From Alphaproteobacteria bacterium (lineage in GTDB: Bacteria > Pseudomonadota > Alphaproteobacteria > UBA828): 64,000 nt of DNA. Each line of letters opens with the position of its first letter. Within the stretch, counting starts at the first letter, position 1. The position numbers and the translations under genes were made by a program. The notes under the pieces were generated by a model. The model was given only the letters and a program-made list of their open reading frames with translations, ran no database searches and had not been told where the DNA came from. The stretch spans positions 864,001-928,000 of the forward strand of contig CAXXMU010000001.1 of NCBI GenBank assembly GCA_963667785.2. The letters are read 5' to 3'. Of this stretch, positions 32,479 to 46,411 are shown one piece after another.

Positions 32479-32495
32479 CGATGCCCGCACGGCCT

Positions 32496-33281
32496 TCAGT
32501 GCGCCGCGAGGAACTCCTTCACGGCGGCCGTGAACGCCGGCGCCTGCTCGATGTTCGAGAGATGCGCGGTGTCCAGCTCGAGATAGCGGGAGCCGGCGAT
32601 GCGCTCGTGCATCATCCGCATGCCGGCCGGCGGCGTGCCGGCGTCCTGCGTGCCGGCGATCAGCAGCACCGGGTGGTCGAGCGTTTCCAGCCGGTCGAGA
32701 TAGGCCAGTTGCTGGATCGCGCGCGCGCATCCCGTGTACCCGGCGACCGAGGTGGTGAGGATCATTCTCCGCACGTCGTCGATTCGCGCAGCGCCGCTTG
32801 CCCGGTAGCTCGCGGTGAACCAGCGCTCGATGGTGGATTCGACCACCGCCGCCATGCCGCCGTCGGCGACCGCCGCCACGCGCGCATCGAAGGCAGCGAA
32901 GAAGTCGTCGCTGCAGTGTGCCGTGGTGTTCGCGATGACGGAGGCCGCGACCCGGTCCGCATGGCGGAGCAGCAGCCCCTGCGCCGTCATCCCGCCGATC
33001 GAGAGGCCGACGAAATGGCTCTTTCCGATACCCAGATGGTCCCACAGGCCGACGATGTCGCCGATGAGGTCGTCGAACGAGTACGGGCCCTCGACGGGTG
33101 CCGACCTGCCGTGCCCGCGCTTGTCGTAGCGGAGGATGCGGAAGTCTCCGGCAAGCGCCGCTTCCTGCTCGTCCCACATGTGCAGGTTCGTGGCCAGCGA
33201 GTTGGAAAAGGTGAGCCACGGGCCGTTCTCGTTGCCCGAAATCTCGTAGTTGATCGTCACTCCCCGGATATCGGCACGCAT
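32496..33281 (-). CDS. Alpha/beta hydrolase, 3-oxoadipate enol-lactonase-like
   Basis: FSNSLATNLHMWD, RYDKRGHG, GLSIGG nucleophile elbow, AHLSNIEQ. Confidence 0.85.
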   Translation of the reverse strand: MRADIRGVTINYEISGNENGPWLTFSNSLATNLHMWDEQEAALAGDFRILRYDKRGHGRSAPVEGPYSFDDLIGDIVGLWDHLGIGKSHFVGLSIGGMTAQGLLLRHADRVAASVIANTTAHCSDDFFAAFDARVAAVADGGMAAVVESTIERWFTASYRASGAARIDDVRRMILTTSVAGYTGCARAIQQLAYLDRLETLDHPVLLIAGTQDAGTPPAGMRMMHERIAGSRYLELDTAHLSNIEQAPAFTAAVKEFLAAH

Positions 33282-33500
33282 ATGCAGTCTCCCTGTCGTC
33301 ACGCCGTGCTCCCGGCGCAGGGCGGGTCATAACCCAGAATTCTCGTCGGCGTCACGGCCTGCGTCGGCCGCGCTCGAGGGCCGCGTCCGGCGGCGGGAGG
33401 GCCACGCTTGACCGCCCCGGCAATCGCTGCGAAAACCGCCGCATGGCGCGGCCGGACGCCGCCCGTCTCCGCAACATCTGCACTGATATCGGGGGGAGCT

Positions 33501-34670
33501 GTGGGGCGAGGGGACTACCTGTTCACGAGCGAATCGGTGTCTGAAGGGCACCCGGACAAGGTGTGCGACCGAATCTCGGATGCCGTGGTGGATGCCTATC
33601 TGGCGCTCGATACGAACTCTCGCGTGGCCTGCGAGACTCTGGTCACGACCAATCGGGTGGTGCTCGCCGGCGAGGTGCGCGGGCCGGAGTCGATCACGGC
33701 CGAGACCCTCGAATCGCTGGCCCGCACCTGCATCCGCGAGATCGGCTACGAGCAGGAGGGCTTCCACTGGGCCAAGGCCGATGTCGAGGTCCACGTGCAC
33801 GCCCAGTCGGCCGACATCGCCATGGGGGTGGACCAGGCCGGCAACAAGGACCAGGGCGCGGGCGATCAGGGCATCATGTTCGGCTACGCCTGCCGCGAGA
33901 CCGAGGCCCTCATGCCGGCGCCGCTCCACTACGCCCATGCAATCCTGGCCGAGCTCGCCAGGGCCAGGCACGCCGGCGACGCTCCCGGCCTCGGGCCCGA
34001 TTCCAAGAGCCAGGTCACGCTCCGCTACGAGGACGGCGTGCCTGTCGGCGCCACCTCCGTCGTGGTCTCGACCCAGCATGCGGCCGAGCTCTCCCAGGAC
34101 GACGTGCGTGCCGTCGTGCGGCCCTACGTGGTGAACGCGCTGCCCGACGGCTGGATGTGCGAGGAGGACAAGTTCTACGTGAACCCGACCGGCCGTTTCG
34201 TGATCGGCGGGCCGGACGGCGATGCCGGGGTGACCGGGCGCAAGATCATCGTCGACACCTATGGCGGGGCGGCGCCCCACGGCGGCGGCGCCTTCTCGGG
34301 CAAGGACCCGACCAAGGTCGACCGCTCCGCCGCCTACGCGGCCCGCTACCTGGCGAAGAACGTGGTCGCCGCCAACCTGGCGTCGCGCTGCACGATCCAG
34401 CTCGCCTATGCGATCGGCGTCGCCGAGCCGCTCGCGGTCTATGTCGATACCCACGGCACGGGCGAGATCGACGAGGCCCGGCTCGCCGGCGCGCTCAGGG
34501 CGGTGATGGACCTCACGCCGCGCGGGATCGGCGCCCATCTCGGCCTCGCCCGACCAATCTTCGAGCGCACCGCGGCCTACGGCCATTTCGGCCGGGAGCC
34601 CGAGGCCGACGGCGGCTTCTCGTGGGAGCGGACCGATCTCGTGGAGCCGCTCCTCTCGGCGGTCGGGTGA
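33501..34670 (+). CDS. metK: Methionine adenosyltransferase
   Basis: [35 protein letters not shown]. Confidence 0.98.
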   Translation: MGRGDYLFTSESVSEGHPDKVCDRISDAVVDAYLALDTNSRVACETLVTTNRVVLAGEVRGPESITAETLESLARTCIREIGYEQEGFHWAKADVEVHVHAQSADIAMGVDQAGNKDQGAGDQGIMFGYACRETEALMPAPLHYAHAILAELARARHAGDAPGLGPDSKSQVTLRYEDGVPVGATSVVVSTQHAAELSQDDVRAVVRPYVVNALPDGWMCEEDKFYVNPTGRFVIGGPDGDAGVTGRKIIVDTYGGAAPHGGGAFSGKDPTKVDRSAAYAARYLAKNVVAANLASRCTIQLAYAIGVAEPLAVYVDTHGTGEIDEARLAGALRAVMDLTPRGIGAHLGLARPIFERTAAYGHFGREPEADGGFSWERTDLVEPLLSAVG

Positions 34671-34703
34671 GGCCCCGGCCCGGCGCCCCCCTCCCGCACC
34701 GCG

Positions 34704-35402
34704 ATGGAGCACCCCAGGCGCCGCGTCTACGGGCGCCGGCTGGGCTACCGGCTCCGTCCCGCCCGCCAGGCGCTGCTCGAGCGGGCATTGCCCCGGCTGC
34801 GCATCGACCTGCCCGAGGACGAGCGGGCACGGCTGGACACCGCGCGCCTGTTCACCGCGCCGCCCGCTGACCTCTGGCTCGAGATCGGCTTCGGCGCCGG
34901 CGAGCATCTGGCGTACCAGTTGCGCGCCAATCCGGACGTCGGGATCATCGGCTGCGAGCCCTTCGTCCAGGGCGTCGCCGCTCTCCTCAGCCGCCTGGAG
35001 GCGGACGGCACCGGCGACCGGGCGCGACTCTTTCCCGACGACGGAAGGCTCCTGCTGGAGCGGCTGCCGGACGCCAGCGTCGGACGCCTCTTCGTGCTGT
35101 TTCCCGACCCCTGGCCCAAGAAGCGCCATCACAAGCGGCGCCTGATCGATGCCGAGACGCTGGCCGGCTTCGCCCGCGTGCTCAAGGACGGCGCCGAGTT
35201 CCGCTGGGCCTCCGACGACCGCGACTATGTGGCGTGGACGCTGGAGCGGGTCGCGGCGAGCGGTGCGTTCGCTCGCCGGGAGGCAGCGGGCGGCGATGCG
35301 GGCCCGCGGCCGGTCGACTGGCCCGAGACGCGCTACGAGCAGAAGGCCCGCGCCGCCGGCCGTGCGCCCGTCTTCCTCAGCTTCCTCCGCATCCCCCGAT
35401 AG
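34704..35402 (+). CDS. trmB: tRNA (guanine-N7)-methyltransferase
   Basis: LEIGFGAGEH, LFPDPWPKKRHHKRR, TRYEQKA. Confidence 0.96.
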   Translation: MEHPRRRVYGRRLGYRLRPARQALLERALPRLRIDLPEDERARLDTARLFTAPPADLWLEIGFGAGEHLAYQLRANPDVGIIGCEPFVQGVAALLSRLEADGTGDRARLFPDDGRLLLERLPDASVGRLFVLFPDPWPKKRHHKRRLIDAETLAGFARVLKDGAEFRWASDDRDYVAWTLERVAASGAFARREAAGGDAGPRPVDWPETRYEQKARAAGRAPVFLSFLRIPR

Positions 35403-35571
35403 GCGACGTGCGACGATGGCACTCAAACGCGGCCGCAGGGCAGAAACGCCTTGAAGCAAGGGAGAATCGCCTTGAAGAATGCATGCGAGGCGGGATAGGG
35501 TAGCGGCGCGGTGCTCGTCGAGGGCGCGGGGAGCACGGCAAGACGTGTGCCCAGGGTTTGAGCAAGGTTGT

Positions 35572-35600
35572 GGTGGGCAGGGATGGCCCGCCTTTTTTCT
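35572..35600 (+). promoter_or_regulatory. rimP-leader terminator-like hairpin (attenuator)
   Basis: GGTGGGC...GCCCGCC followed by TTTTTT just upstream of rimP-nusA, where a conserved rimP leader is known. Confidence 0.65.
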
Positions 35601-35628
35601 GTCCTGTGGGTTGACGAAGATTCGAGAC

Positions 35629-36120
35629 GTGGACACGGAACGGCAGATCGAACAGACGATCGCACCGGCGCTTGCGTCGATGGGCTACGAGGTCGTCCGA
35701 GTCCGCTTCGGCGGCGGCAGGCAGCCCGTGCTCCAGGTGATGATCGAGCGGGCCGACCGGGCGCCGCTCACCGTCGACGACTGCGCGGCCGCGAGTCGCG
35801 CGCTCTCCCTGCGTCTCGAGGAGGAGTCCCTTCCCGCAAGCGACTACGCGCTGGAGGTGAGTTCGCCGGGCATCGACCGGCCGCTGGTGCGGTTGGGCGA
35901 TTTCGTCCGCTTCGCCGGCTTCGAGGCCAAGGTGGAGATGAGCGAGCCGCTGGAGGGCCGGCGCCGCTTCCGCGGCCGGCTGCTGGGTGCCGGCGAGGGC
36001 TGCGTGCGCATGACCGTGGACGATAGCGACGTGTCGCTCCCCTTCGACGGGATCCGCAATGCGAAGCTCGTGCTGACCGACGAGCTGTTGGCTGCAACCG
36101 AGGCGGCGGAGCAGGCGTGA
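35629..36120 (+). CDS. rimP: Ribosome maturation factor RimP
   Basis: LQVMIER, TVDDCA..SR, YALEVSSPGIDRPL, AKLVLTDEL. Confidence 0.96.
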   Translation: MDTERQIEQTIAPALASMGYEVVRVRFGGGRQPVLQVMIERADRAPLTVDDCAAASRALSLRLEEESLPASDYALEVSSPGIDRPLVRLGDFVRFAGFEAKVEMSEPLEGRRRFRGRLLGAGEGCVRMTVDDSDVSLPFDGIRNAKLVLTDELLAATEAAEQA

Positions 36121-37721
36121 TGGCGGAGAGCGACACCACGGGCCTCGCCCGCCTCGAGCTTCTCCAGGTCGCGGATGCCGTCGCCAGGGAGAAGGGGATC
36201 GAGCGCGAGCTCGTGCTCGAGGCCATGGAGCAGGCGATCACCCACGCCGGCAAGCGCAAGTACGGCCAGGAGCACGACATCCGCACCGACATCGACCGCG
36301 AGACCGGCGAGATCAAGCTGATGCGCTATCTCGAGGTGGCCGACGAGATCGAGAACGAGGCCACCCAGATCCCCCTGAGCGAGGCGCAGGAGCGCAATCC
36401 GGCCGCGCAGGTGGGCGACTACCTGGCGGATCCGCTGCCGCCCATCGACTTCGGTCGCATCGCGGCGCAGACGGCGAAGCAGGTGATCGTCCAGAAGGTG
36501 CGCGAGGCCGAGCGGGCGCGTCAGTACGAGGAATACAAGGACCGCGTGCAGGAGATCGCGAACGGCCTGGTGAAGCGCACGGAATATGGCGGGCTGACGG
36601 TCGACCTCGGGCGGGCCGAGGCGGTGATCCGGCGGGAGGACCTGCTGCCGCGCGAATCCTTCCGCAACGGCGACCGCGTGCGCGCCTACATCTACGACGT
36701 CCGCCGCGAGCCGCGCGGGCCGCAGATCTTCATGTCGCGCACCCACCCCAACTTCATGGCCAAGCTCTTCGCCCAGGAGGTGCCCGAGATCTATGACGGC
36801 ATCATCGAGATCGATGCCGTCGCCCGCGACCCCGGCAGCCGCGCGAAGATCGCCGTGCATTCCAACGACAGCAGCATCGATCCGGTCGGCGCCTGCGTCG
36901 GCATGCGGGGCTCCCGCGTCCAGGCGGTGGTCGGCGAGCTGCAGGGCGAGAAGATCGACATCATCCAGTGGTCGCCCGATCCCGCGGCCTTCATCGTCAA
37001 CGCGCTGGCGCCGGCCGAGGTCACCAAGGTCGTGCTCGACGAGGAGGCGAGGCGGATCGAGGTGGTGGTGCCGGACGAGCAGCTCTCGCTCGCCATCGGC
37101 CGGCGCGGGCAGAACGTGCGACTCGCCTCCAACCTCACGGGCTGGGACATCGACATCCTGACCGAGGCCGAGGAATCCGAGCGCCGCCAGGAGGAATTCC
37201 GCTCGCGCTCCGAGATGTTCATGGAGGCGCTGGACGTCGACGAAGTGATCGCCCACCTGCTGGTGACGGAGGGCTTCTCCACCGTCGACGAGGTGGCCTA
37301 CGTGCCGATCGAGGAGCTGGTGGCGATCGAGGGCTTCGAGGAGGAGCTGGCGATCGAGCTCGGCCAGCGCGCCGCGACCTATGTCGAGGCGGTGAACAAG
37401 GAGCTGAACGAGCGCCGGATCGAGCTCGGCGTCAGCGACGAGGTGGCCGCCATCGACGGACTGGATGCGGCGATGGTCGTCGCCCTCGGCGAGAACGAGG
37501 TCAAGACGCTGGACGATCTCGGCGATCTCGCCGGCGACGAGCTCGTCGAGATGCTGGGCGATATGGCGCCGTCGCTCGAAGACGCCAACGCCATCATCAT
37601 GGCGGCACGGGCCCACTGGTTCGACGACGACGAGCCGGGCGACGACGAGCCGGGCGGCGAGGAGGCTGCCGACGAGGCTGCCGAGAGCGCCGTCGAGGAG
37701 CACGAGAGAGCGAACGTTTGA
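36120..37721 (+). CDS. nusA: Transcription termination factor NusA
   Basis: [50 protein letters not shown]. Confidence 0.98.
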   Translation: MAESDTTGLARLELLQVADAVAREKGIERELVLEAMEQAITHAGKRKYGQEHDIRTDIDRETGEIKLMRYLEVADEIENEATQIPLSEAQERNPAAQVGDYLADPLPPIDFGRIAAQTAKQVIVQKVREAERARQYEEYKDRVQEIANGLVKRTEYGGLTVDLGRAEAVIRREDLLPRESFRNGDRVRAYIYDVRREPRGPQIFMSRTHPNFMAKLFAQEVPEIYDGIIEIDAVARDPGSRAKIAVHSNDSSIDPVGACVGMRGSRVQAVVGELQGEKIDIIQWSPDPAAFIVNALAPAEVTKVVLDEEARRIEVVVPDEQLSLAIGRRGQNVRLASNLTGWDIDILTEAEESERRQEEFRSRSEMFMEALDVDEVIAHLLVTEGFSTVDEVAYVPIEELVAIEGFEEELAIELGQRAATYVEAVNKELNERRIELGVSDEVAAIDGLDAAMVVALGENEVKTLDDLGDLAGDELVEMLGDMAPSLEDANAIIMAARAHWFDDDEPGDDEPGGEEAADEAAESAVEEHERANV

Positions 37722-38350
37722 CCGCACGGGCACACAAGGAGGGCCGCCCGGCCGGGCCGGGCGACGGCAGCCGGCGCTGCATCGCGAGCGGCGCCAGCAA
37801 GCCTCGCGATGCGCTGCTGCGCTTCGTGATCGACCCGGGCGGCACCGTGGTGCCGGATCTCGGCGAGGCTCTGCCCGGACGGGGGCACTGGGTCTCGGCC
37901 GAGCGCGCGGCGCTGGTGACGGCCTGCGAGCGCGGCCTCTTCGCGCGCGCGGCGCGGCGGCCGGTTGCCGTGGCTCCCGATCTGGTCGACGAGGTCGAGC
38001 GTCAGCTCGAGGCCCGGGCGCTGGATCTGCTCGGGCTGGCGCGGCGGGCGGGCGCCCTGGTCACGGGTTTCGACCAGGTCCGCGCGGCGCTCGCCGAGCG
38101 GCGGGTTGCGGTGCTGGTCGAGGCGAGCGACGGCGCGCGGCACGGGCGCGCACGCCTCGGTGCCCTGGCGCGGGACATTCCGGTGATCGCGGAATTCGAC
38201 GGCGCCGCATTGAGCCGCAGCGTCGGCCGTGACAATGTGGTGCATGCCGCATTGTCGCCGGGCCGGCTGGCCGATCGTTTCGTACAGGAGTCCGCGCGAT
38301 TTGCCCGCGTGAGGCAGGAACCCGGCGACCGGGGCAGGCACGATGAGTGA
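37718..38350 (+). CDS. YlxR (DUF448)-L7Ae fusion RNA-binding protein
   Basis: [34 protein letters not shown]; TTG overlaps nusA stop; usual position between nusA and infB. Confidence 0.9.
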   Translation: MTARAHKEGRPAGPGDGSRRCIASGASKPRDALLRFVIDPGGTVVPDLGEALPGRGHWVSAERAALVTACERGLFARAARRPVAVAPDLVDEVERQLEARALDLLGLARRAGALVTGFDQVRAALAERRVAVLVEASDGARHGRARLGALARDIPVIAEFDGAALSRSVGRDNVVHAALSPGRLADRFVQESARFARVRQEPGDRGRHDE

Positions 38351-40979
38351 CGAAACCGAAGCCGGCGATCAGAGTCGGCGGAAGCCCCTCTCGCTGAAAC
38401 GCCCGGGGCGGCTCGAGCTCAAGAAGACGGTCGATGCCGGCCACGTCCGGCAAAGCTTCTCCCACGGCCGCAGTCGCGCCGTCGCCGTCGAGGTGCGCAA
38501 GAAGCGGACGCTCAAGCGTGGCGCCGCCGCCGACGCCGCGCCGGCCGCACCCAAGGCCAAGGCACCGCCGCCACCGCCGCCGCCGGAGCTTGTGGAGGAG
38601 GTGGCGCCGCCGCCGGTTGACGACGTGCACCAGACCTCGTCGGCGCCCCGCACCCGGGTGGTGCTGCGCACGCTGACGAGCGACGAGAAGGCCGCGCGCG
38701 CACGCGCCGTCGAGGATGCGATGCGCGCCGAGCGCGAGGAGCGGGCGCGGGCCGAGGAAGCGGCGCGTCTCCGTGCCGAAGAGGCGGAGCGGCTGGCGGC
38801 CGAGCACGCGGAGGCCGAGCGGCGGAAGACCGAGGAGGACGCCCGCCGCAAGGCCGAGGAGGACGCCCGCAAGCGGGCGGAGGAGGACGCGGCGCGCCGG
38901 CTTCCCCAGCCGGAGGAACCGAAGCCCGAAGCCGCTGCCGCCGAGACGCCCGGCACGGCGCGGCCGCGGCCGGGCGCCGCCCCGACCGAGGAGGAGCGCG
39001 GGCGGCTGCGCCGTCGTGGCGACCAGCGCCGCCCCGCCAGCCCGTCGCGGCGCGACCAGCCGCGCCGGCGCGGCGGCAAGATCACGCTGTCGCAAGCGCT
39101 CGACGGCACCGTCGGCGAGGAGCGCGGGCGCAGCCTCGCCTCGCTCCGCCGGCAGCGCGAGCGCGAGAAGCGCCTGGCCCAGCAGGCACTGCGCGCGGAC
39201 GAGCTCAAGCCCGTGGTGCGCGAGGTCGTGGTGCCCGAGATCATCACGGTCCAGGATCTGGCGAGCCGCATGGCCGTGCGCGGCGCCGAGGTGGTGAAGC
39301 GCCTGATGGAGATGGGTAACGTCGTGACCATCACCCAGTCGATCGATGCCGACACGGCGCAGCTCGTGGTCGAGGAGTTCGGACACCGGGTCAGGCGGGT
39401 CAGCGAGGCCGACGTCGAGATCGGGCTCAAGGGCGACGTGGACACCGCCGACGCTCTGACCGCCCGCCCGCCCGTGGTCACCGTCATGGGCCATGTCGAC
39501 CACGGTAAGACGTCGCTGCTCGACGCCATCCGCTCCGCCGACGTCGTCTCCGGCGAGGCGGGCGGGATCACGCAGCATATCGGCGCCTATCAGGTGGAGA
39601 CGCCGAAAGGCGCCCGCATCACCTTCATCGACACCCCCGGCCATGCCGCCTTCACCGAGATGCGCGCGCGGGGCGCGAGCGTGACAGACATCGTCGTGCT
39701 CGTCGTCGCCGCGGACGACGGCGTCATGCCCCAGACCGCGGAAGCGATCAATCACGCCCGCGCGGCCGAGGTGCCGATCCTCGTCGCCATCAACAAGATC
39801 GACCGGCCGGATGCCGACCCCGGCCGCGTGCGCCAGGCCCTGCTGCAGCACGAGATCGTGACCGAGGAGATGGGCGGCGACGTGCTCGCGGTCGAGATAT
39901 CGGCGACCCAGAAGCAGAACCTCGACCGGCTGGAGGAGGCGATCCTGCTGCAGGCCGAGCTTCTGGAGCTTTCCGCCAACCCCGACCGGGCGGCCGAGGG
40001 AGTCGTGATCGAGGCCAAGGTCGATCGCGGGCGCGGCGCCGTGGCCACGGTGCTGGTCCAGCGTGGCACGCTCAGGGTGGGCGATATCGTTGTCGCCGGC
40101 GCCCAGTGGGGGCGGGTCCGCGCCATGTACGATGATCGCGGCGCCGCCGCCAAGGAGGCCGGGCCGTCGGTACCGGTCGAGGTTCTCGGCCTGAGCGGCG
40201 CGCCCCAGGCGGGCGACGAGGTCGTGGTGGTCGCGAACGAGCGCCGGGCGCGGGAGGTTTCCGAGTTCCGTCAGGCGCAGGCCAGGGAGAAGGAGGTCGC
40301 GCGCGGCGCGCCGCTCAACCTCGAGCAGCTCTTCTCCGAGATCAAGGAGAAGGAGGGCAAGAGCGAGCTTCCGATCCTGATCAAGGCGGATGTCCAGGGA
40401 TCGGTGGAGGCGATCGTCGGCGCGCTGGGCAGGCTCGGCACCGACGAGGTGGCGGTGCGTGTGCTCCATGCAGGCGTCGGCGGGATTACGGAATCGGACG
40501 TGACCCTCGCGTCGGCGTCGGAGGCGACGATCGTCGGCTTCAACGTCCGGGCCAACGCGCAGGCGCGCGAGCTCGCCGCGCGCAGCGGGATCGAGATCCG
40601 CTATCACGCCGTCATCTACGACGTGGTCGACGAGGTCAGGGCCGCCCTCGAGGGTATGCTGCGCCCGGAGGCGCGCGAGCGGATGCTGGGCAACGCCCAG
40701 ATCCTCCAGGTGTTCGAGGTGGGGCGCGTGGGCAGGATCGCGGGCTGCCGCGTGACCAACGGCCTCGTGCGCCGGGGCGCGAAGGTCCGGCTGCTGCGCG
40801 ACGATGTCGTCATCCACGATGGCGCGCTGAAGACGCTGAGACGGTTCAAGGACGACGTGCGCGAGGTGAAGGAAGGCTACGAGTGCGGCATGTCGTTCGA
40901 GAACTACTCCGATGTGCGCGAGGGCGACACCATCGAGTTCTATGAGATCGAGGAGGTGGCACGCACCCTCGACGCATAG
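38343..40979 (+). CDS. infB: Translation initiation factor IF-2
   Basis: [28 protein letters not shown]. Confidence 0.98.
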   Translation: MSDETEAGDQSRRKPLSLKRPGRLELKKTVDAGHVRQSFSHGRSRAVAVEVRKKRTLKRGAAADAAPAAPKAKAPPPPPPPELVEEVAPPPVDDVHQTSSAPRTRVVLRTLTSDEKAARARAVEDAMRAEREERARAEEAARLRAEEAERLAAEHAEAERRKTEEDARRKAEEDARKRAEEDAARRLPQPEEPKPEAAAAETPGTARPRPGAAPTEEERGRLRRRGDQRRPASPSRRDQPRRRGGKITLSQALDGTVGEERGRSLASLRRQREREKRLAQQALRADELKPVVREVVVPEIITVQDLASRMAVRGAEVVKRLMEMGNVVTITQSIDADTAQLVVEEFGHRVRRVSEADVEIGLKGDVDTADALTARPPVVTVMGHVDHGKTSLLDAIRSADVVSGEAGGITQHIGAYQVETPKGARITFIDTPGHAAFTEMRARGASVTDIVVLVVAADDGVMPQTAEAINHARAAEVPILVAINKIDRPDADPGRVRQALLQHEIVTEEMGGDVLAVEISATQKQNLDRLEEAILLQAELLELSANPDRAAEGVVIEAKVDRGRGAVATVLVQRGTLRVGDIVVAGAQWGRVRAMYDDRGAAAKEAGPSVPVEVLGLSGAPQAGDEVVVVANERRAREVSEFRQAQAREKEVARGAPLNLEQLFSEIKEKEGKSELPILIKADVQGSVEAIVGALGRLGTDEVAVRVLHAGVGGITESDVTLASASEATIVGFNVRANAQARELAARSGIEIRYHAVIYDVVDEVRAALEGMLRPEARERMLGNAQILQVFEVGRVGRIAGCRVTNGLVRRGAKVRLLRDDVVIHDGALKTLRRFKDDVREVKEGYECGMSFENYSDVREGDTIEFYEIEEVARTLDA

Positions 40980-41000
40980 GGCGCGGCGGCCTGGCGGTCC

Positions 41001-41384
41001 ATGAGCAGGGGTGGCGGCCGCGCCGGCGAGCCGAGCCAGCGGCAGCGGCGAGTCGGCGAAATCATCAGGGAAGCGCTCTCCGATACGCTCGCCCGCGGCC
41101 GCTTCCGCGATCCTGTGCTGAACGAGGTGCGGCTGACCGTGACCGAGGTCCGGCCGGCGCCTGATCTGCGCTCCGCCAGGGTCTACGTGATGCCGCTCGG
41201 CGGCGAGCGGGCGGAGGAGGCGATCGACGCCCTGCAGCGCGCCGCCGCGCACCTGCGGGGCGAGGTGAACCGCCGGGTCAGGCTCAAGTTCTCGCCGGCT
41301 CTCGCCTTCGAGCTCGACCGCAGCTTCGAGCAGGTGGAGCGAATCGACAGCCTGCTGGGCGGCGGCGGTTCTGCCGATGGCTGA
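41001..41384 (+). CDS. rbfA: Ribosome-binding factor A
   Basis: SQRQRRVGEIIR, TVTEVRPAPDLRSA.VYV, LKFSPAL.FELD. Confidence 0.95.
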   Translation: MSRGGGRAGEPSQRQRRVGEIIREALSDTLARGRFRDPVLNEVRLTVTEVRPAPDLRSARVYVMPLGGERAEEAIDALQRAAAHLRGEVNRRVRLKFSPALAFELDRSFEQVERIDSLLGGGGSADG

Positions 41385-42270
41385 GCGCTCATCCGCGCCC
41401 GGCCCCCACGGCTGGCTGGTGGTCGACAAGCCGCGCGGGCTCTCCTCGGCCGCCGTCGTCGCCCGCATCAAGGCGCTCGCCTGCGGCGCCAAGGTGGGGC
41501 ATGCCGGCACGCTCGACCCGATGGCGACGGGCGTCCTGCCGGTCGCCGTCGGCGAGGCCACCAAGACGGTCTCGTTCATGATGGATGCGCCCAAGCGCTA
41601 CCGCTTCGGCGTGCGCTTCGGCGAGCAGCGCGATACCGACGATGCCGAAGGAACCGTGATCGAGACCAGCGCCATGCGCCCCGATACCGCAGCGGTGGCC
41701 GCGGTGCTGCCCGCCTTCATCGGCCGTATCGAGCAGGTGCCGCCCGCATACTCCGCGCTCAAGGTCGGCGGCGAGCGGGCGTACGCGCTCGCGCGCAAGG
41801 GGCGGCCCGTCCGCCTCGCGGCCCGCACCGTGGTCGTGAAGAGCCTGACGCTGACGGCGAGCGAGGGTGACGAGGCGTCCTTCACGGTGGAGTGCGGCAA
41901 GGGCACCTATGTCAGGGCGCTGGCCCGCGACATCGCCCGCGCCGCGGGCACGGTCGGCCATGTGAGCTGGCTGCACCGCGCGGCGGTCGGGCCCTTCACC
42001 GACGACGATGCGAATCCACTGGATAAACTGGGCGCGCTCGGGCATAGTCTGGCGCTCGCCGAAAGCCTCCTACCGGTCGACGCGGCGCTGGCCGACATCC
42101 CGGCGCTGCCCTTGACCGCACGCGAGGCGGATCGTCTGCGCCACGGGCAGCCGGTTCCCGCGCCCGGTGCGGCACCCGGAAGGGTCCGCGCCGTTGCGGG
42201 GACCCGTCTCGTGGCGCTTGCCGAGGTCGGCGCGGGCCGGGCCCGCCCGTTGCGGGTTTTCAACATGTGA
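41377..42270 (+). CDS. truB: tRNA pseudouridine(55) synthase
   Basis: [41 protein letters not shown]. Confidence 0.97.
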   Translation: MAERSSAPGPHGWLVVDKPRGLSSAAVVARIKALACGAKVGHAGTLDPMATGVLPVAVGEATKTVSFMMDAPKRYRFGVRFGEQRDTDDAEGTVIETSAMRPDTAAVAAVLPAFIGRIEQVPPAYSALKVGGERAYALARKGRPVRLAARTVVVKSLTLTASEGDEASFTVECGKGTYVRALARDIARAAGTVGHVSWLHRAAVGPFTDDDANPLDKLGALGHSLALAESLLPVDAALADIPALPLTAREADRLRHGQPVPAPGAAPGRVRAVAGTRLVALAEVGAGRARPLRVFNM

Positions 42271-42286
42271 CATGCGGAGTAGCGAG

Positions 42287-42556
42287 ATGTCGATTACCGC
42301 TGCGCGGAAGACCGAGTTGATCTCGGAGTATGCAACCAAGACCGACGATACCGGCTCGCCGGAAGTCCAGGTCGCGATCCTGACAGAGCGGATCAACAAC
42401 CTGACCGAGCATTTTCGGGCCCACAAGAAGGATCTCCATTCCAGGCAGGGCCTGCTGAAGATGGTCAGCCGCAGACGCCGTCTGCTCGACTATCTCAAGC
42501 GCAACGATCAGGAGCGCTACGCCGCCGTGATTCAGCGGCTGGGCTTGCGGAAATAG
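42287..42556 (+). CDS. rpsO: 30S ribosomal protein S15
   Basis: [32 protein letters not shown]. Confidence 0.98.
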   Translation: MSITAARKTELISEYATKTDDTGSPEVQVAILTERINNLTEHFRAHKKDLHSRQGLLKMVSRRRRLLDYLKRNDQERYAAVIQRLGLRK

Positions 42557-42702
42557 AATTGGCGTTCGCGTGGACCGCGAGGATGCGGCGCGCGGGTCAA
42601 GAGGGCACGCCGGGAGGCGCGGCATGGGCCGCAGCCACCGGCGTTGCGCCTGCATAGGGGCGGGCCGAATGAGCGGCTCGCCACCGGAGTGAAGGAAACA
42701 AC

Positions 42703-44829
<2,127 letters not shown>

Positions 44830-44971
44830 GAGCCACCGCCCGGAGACGCGACACCTTGCAGCCGGCGCCCATGCTGCCCACATCAGGGAAAGGCGGCAGC
44901 GCCGGCGAGCCCTCGCATCGCCCTGCCGCGGCATGCGATTCGAGCCGGACGCAACGGCGGATGGACTGACA

Positions 44972-46369
44972 GTGAAAGCGTTGAACGCGATCAGGCTGTC
45001 GGGACGCGAGGTTCTGCCCTTGATCGAGGGCGGCAAGGGCATCGGCGTGACCAACGGCCTGAGCTCGGGCGCCTGGGCCGCCGCCGGCGGAGTCGGCACC
45101 TTCTCCGGCGTCAACGCCGACTACTACGACGAGCAGGGCCGGGCGGTGCCGCAGGTCTATCGCGGCCGCACCCGCAAGGAGCGCCACGAGGAGCTCGTCG
45201 ACTACGCGATCAGGGGCGGCATCGCACAGGCGCGGATCGCCCACGACGTCTCCGGCGGCGTGGGGCGGCTCCACATGAACGTGCTGTGGGAGATGGCCGC
45301 CGCCGAGCGCATCCTGCACGGCATTCTCGAGGCCACGCGCGGCCTGATCCACGGCGTCACCTGCGGCGCCGGCATGCCCTATCGACTCGCCGAGGTGGCC
45401 GCGGGCTACGACGTCCACTACTACCCCATCGTCTCCTCGGCACGCGCCTTCCGTGCGCTCTGGAAGCGTGCCTACCACAGCTTCTCCGACTGGATGGGCG
45501 GGGTCGTCTACGAGGACCCCTGGCGCGCCGGCGGCCACAACGGCCTCTCCAACAGCGAGGACCCCGAACAGCCCGAGCCCGCCTACCCGCGGGTCGCCGC
45601 GCTGCGCCGGCAGATGCGCGAATACGGCCTCGACGACGTGCCCATCGTGATGGCGGGCGGGGTCTGGTACCTGCGCGACTGGGAGGACTGGCTCGACAAT
45701 CCCGAGCTCGGCCCCATCGTCTTCCAGTTCGGCACCCGCCCGCTGGTGACCGAGGAGAGCCCGATCTCCGAGCGCTGGAAGCGCAAGCTGCTGACCATGA
45801 AGGACGGTGACGTGAAGCTCAATCGCTTCAGCCCCACCGGCTTCTACTCGTCGGCGGTGCGCAACGACTTCATCAGGGAGCTGGCCCAGCGCGAGCAGCG
45901 CCAGGTCGCCTACACCGCCGAGCCCATCGGCGACCACGACCAGTTGTTCACGCCGGGACCGCGCGGGCGCTCCTTCTATCTGACCAAGGGCGATCTGGAG
46001 CGGGCCGAGGAGTGGATGGACCAGGGCTTCACCTCGGTGATGAAGACCCCCGATACCACGATCATCTTCGTCACCGACGAGAAGGCGCGCGAGATCAGGG
46101 CCGATCAGGCTGCCTGCATGGGCTGCCTCAGCGCCTGCCGCTTCAGCAACTGGGCGACGAACGAGCAGGGCTCGACCGGCAAGAAGACCGATCCCCGCAG
46201 CTACTGCATCCAGAAGACGCTGCAGGAGATCATCCACAGCGAGGACATCGACAACCAGTTGATGTTCGCGGGCCACGCGGCCTTCCGCTTCGCCGACGAT
46301 CCCTTCTACAGCAATCGCTTCATCCCCACCGTGCGCCAACTCGTCGAGCGCCTGCTCACCGGCGACTGA
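44972..46369 (+). CDS. Nitronate monooxygenase/FabK-like FMN oxidoreductase with C-terminal Cys cluster
   Basis: PLIEGGKGIG, GAGMP, AGGHNG, MAGGV, QFGTR, CMGCLSAC..YCI, LMFAG. Confidence 0.8.
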   Translation: MKALNAIRLSGREVLPLIEGGKGIGVTNGLSSGAWAAAGGVGTFSGVNADYYDEQGRAVPQVYRGRTRKERHEELVDYAIRGGIAQARIAHDVSGGVGRLHMNVLWEMAAAERILHGILEATRGLIHGVTCGAGMPYRLAEVAAGYDVHYYPIVSSARAFRALWKRAYHSFSDWMGGVVYEDPWRAGGHNGLSNSEDPEQPEPAYPRVAALRRQMREYGLDDVPIVMAGGVWYLRDWEDWLDNPELGPIVFQFGTRPLVTEESPISERWKRKLLTMKDGDVKLNRFSPTGFYSSAVRNDFIRELAQREQRQVAYTAEPIGDHDQLFTPGPRGRSFYLTKGDLERAEEWMDQGFTSVMKTPDTTIIFVTDEKAREIRADQAACMGCLSACRFSNWATNEQGSTGKKTDPRSYCIQKTLQEIIHSEDIDNQLMFAGHAAFRFADDPFYSNRFIPTVRQLVERLLTGD

Positions 46370-46411
46370 CCGGGCGCCGGCGCCCTCCGCCGTGCTCCCT
46401 TCACCGCTTCC

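Noticed and set aside
37627-37660. Tandem GACGACGAGCCGGGC duplication
   Set aside because: Low-complexity acidic tail of NusA.
38740-38900. GAGGAGGACGCCCGC-type repeats as a repeat array
   Set aside because: They encode the normal EEDARRK charged linker of IF-2.
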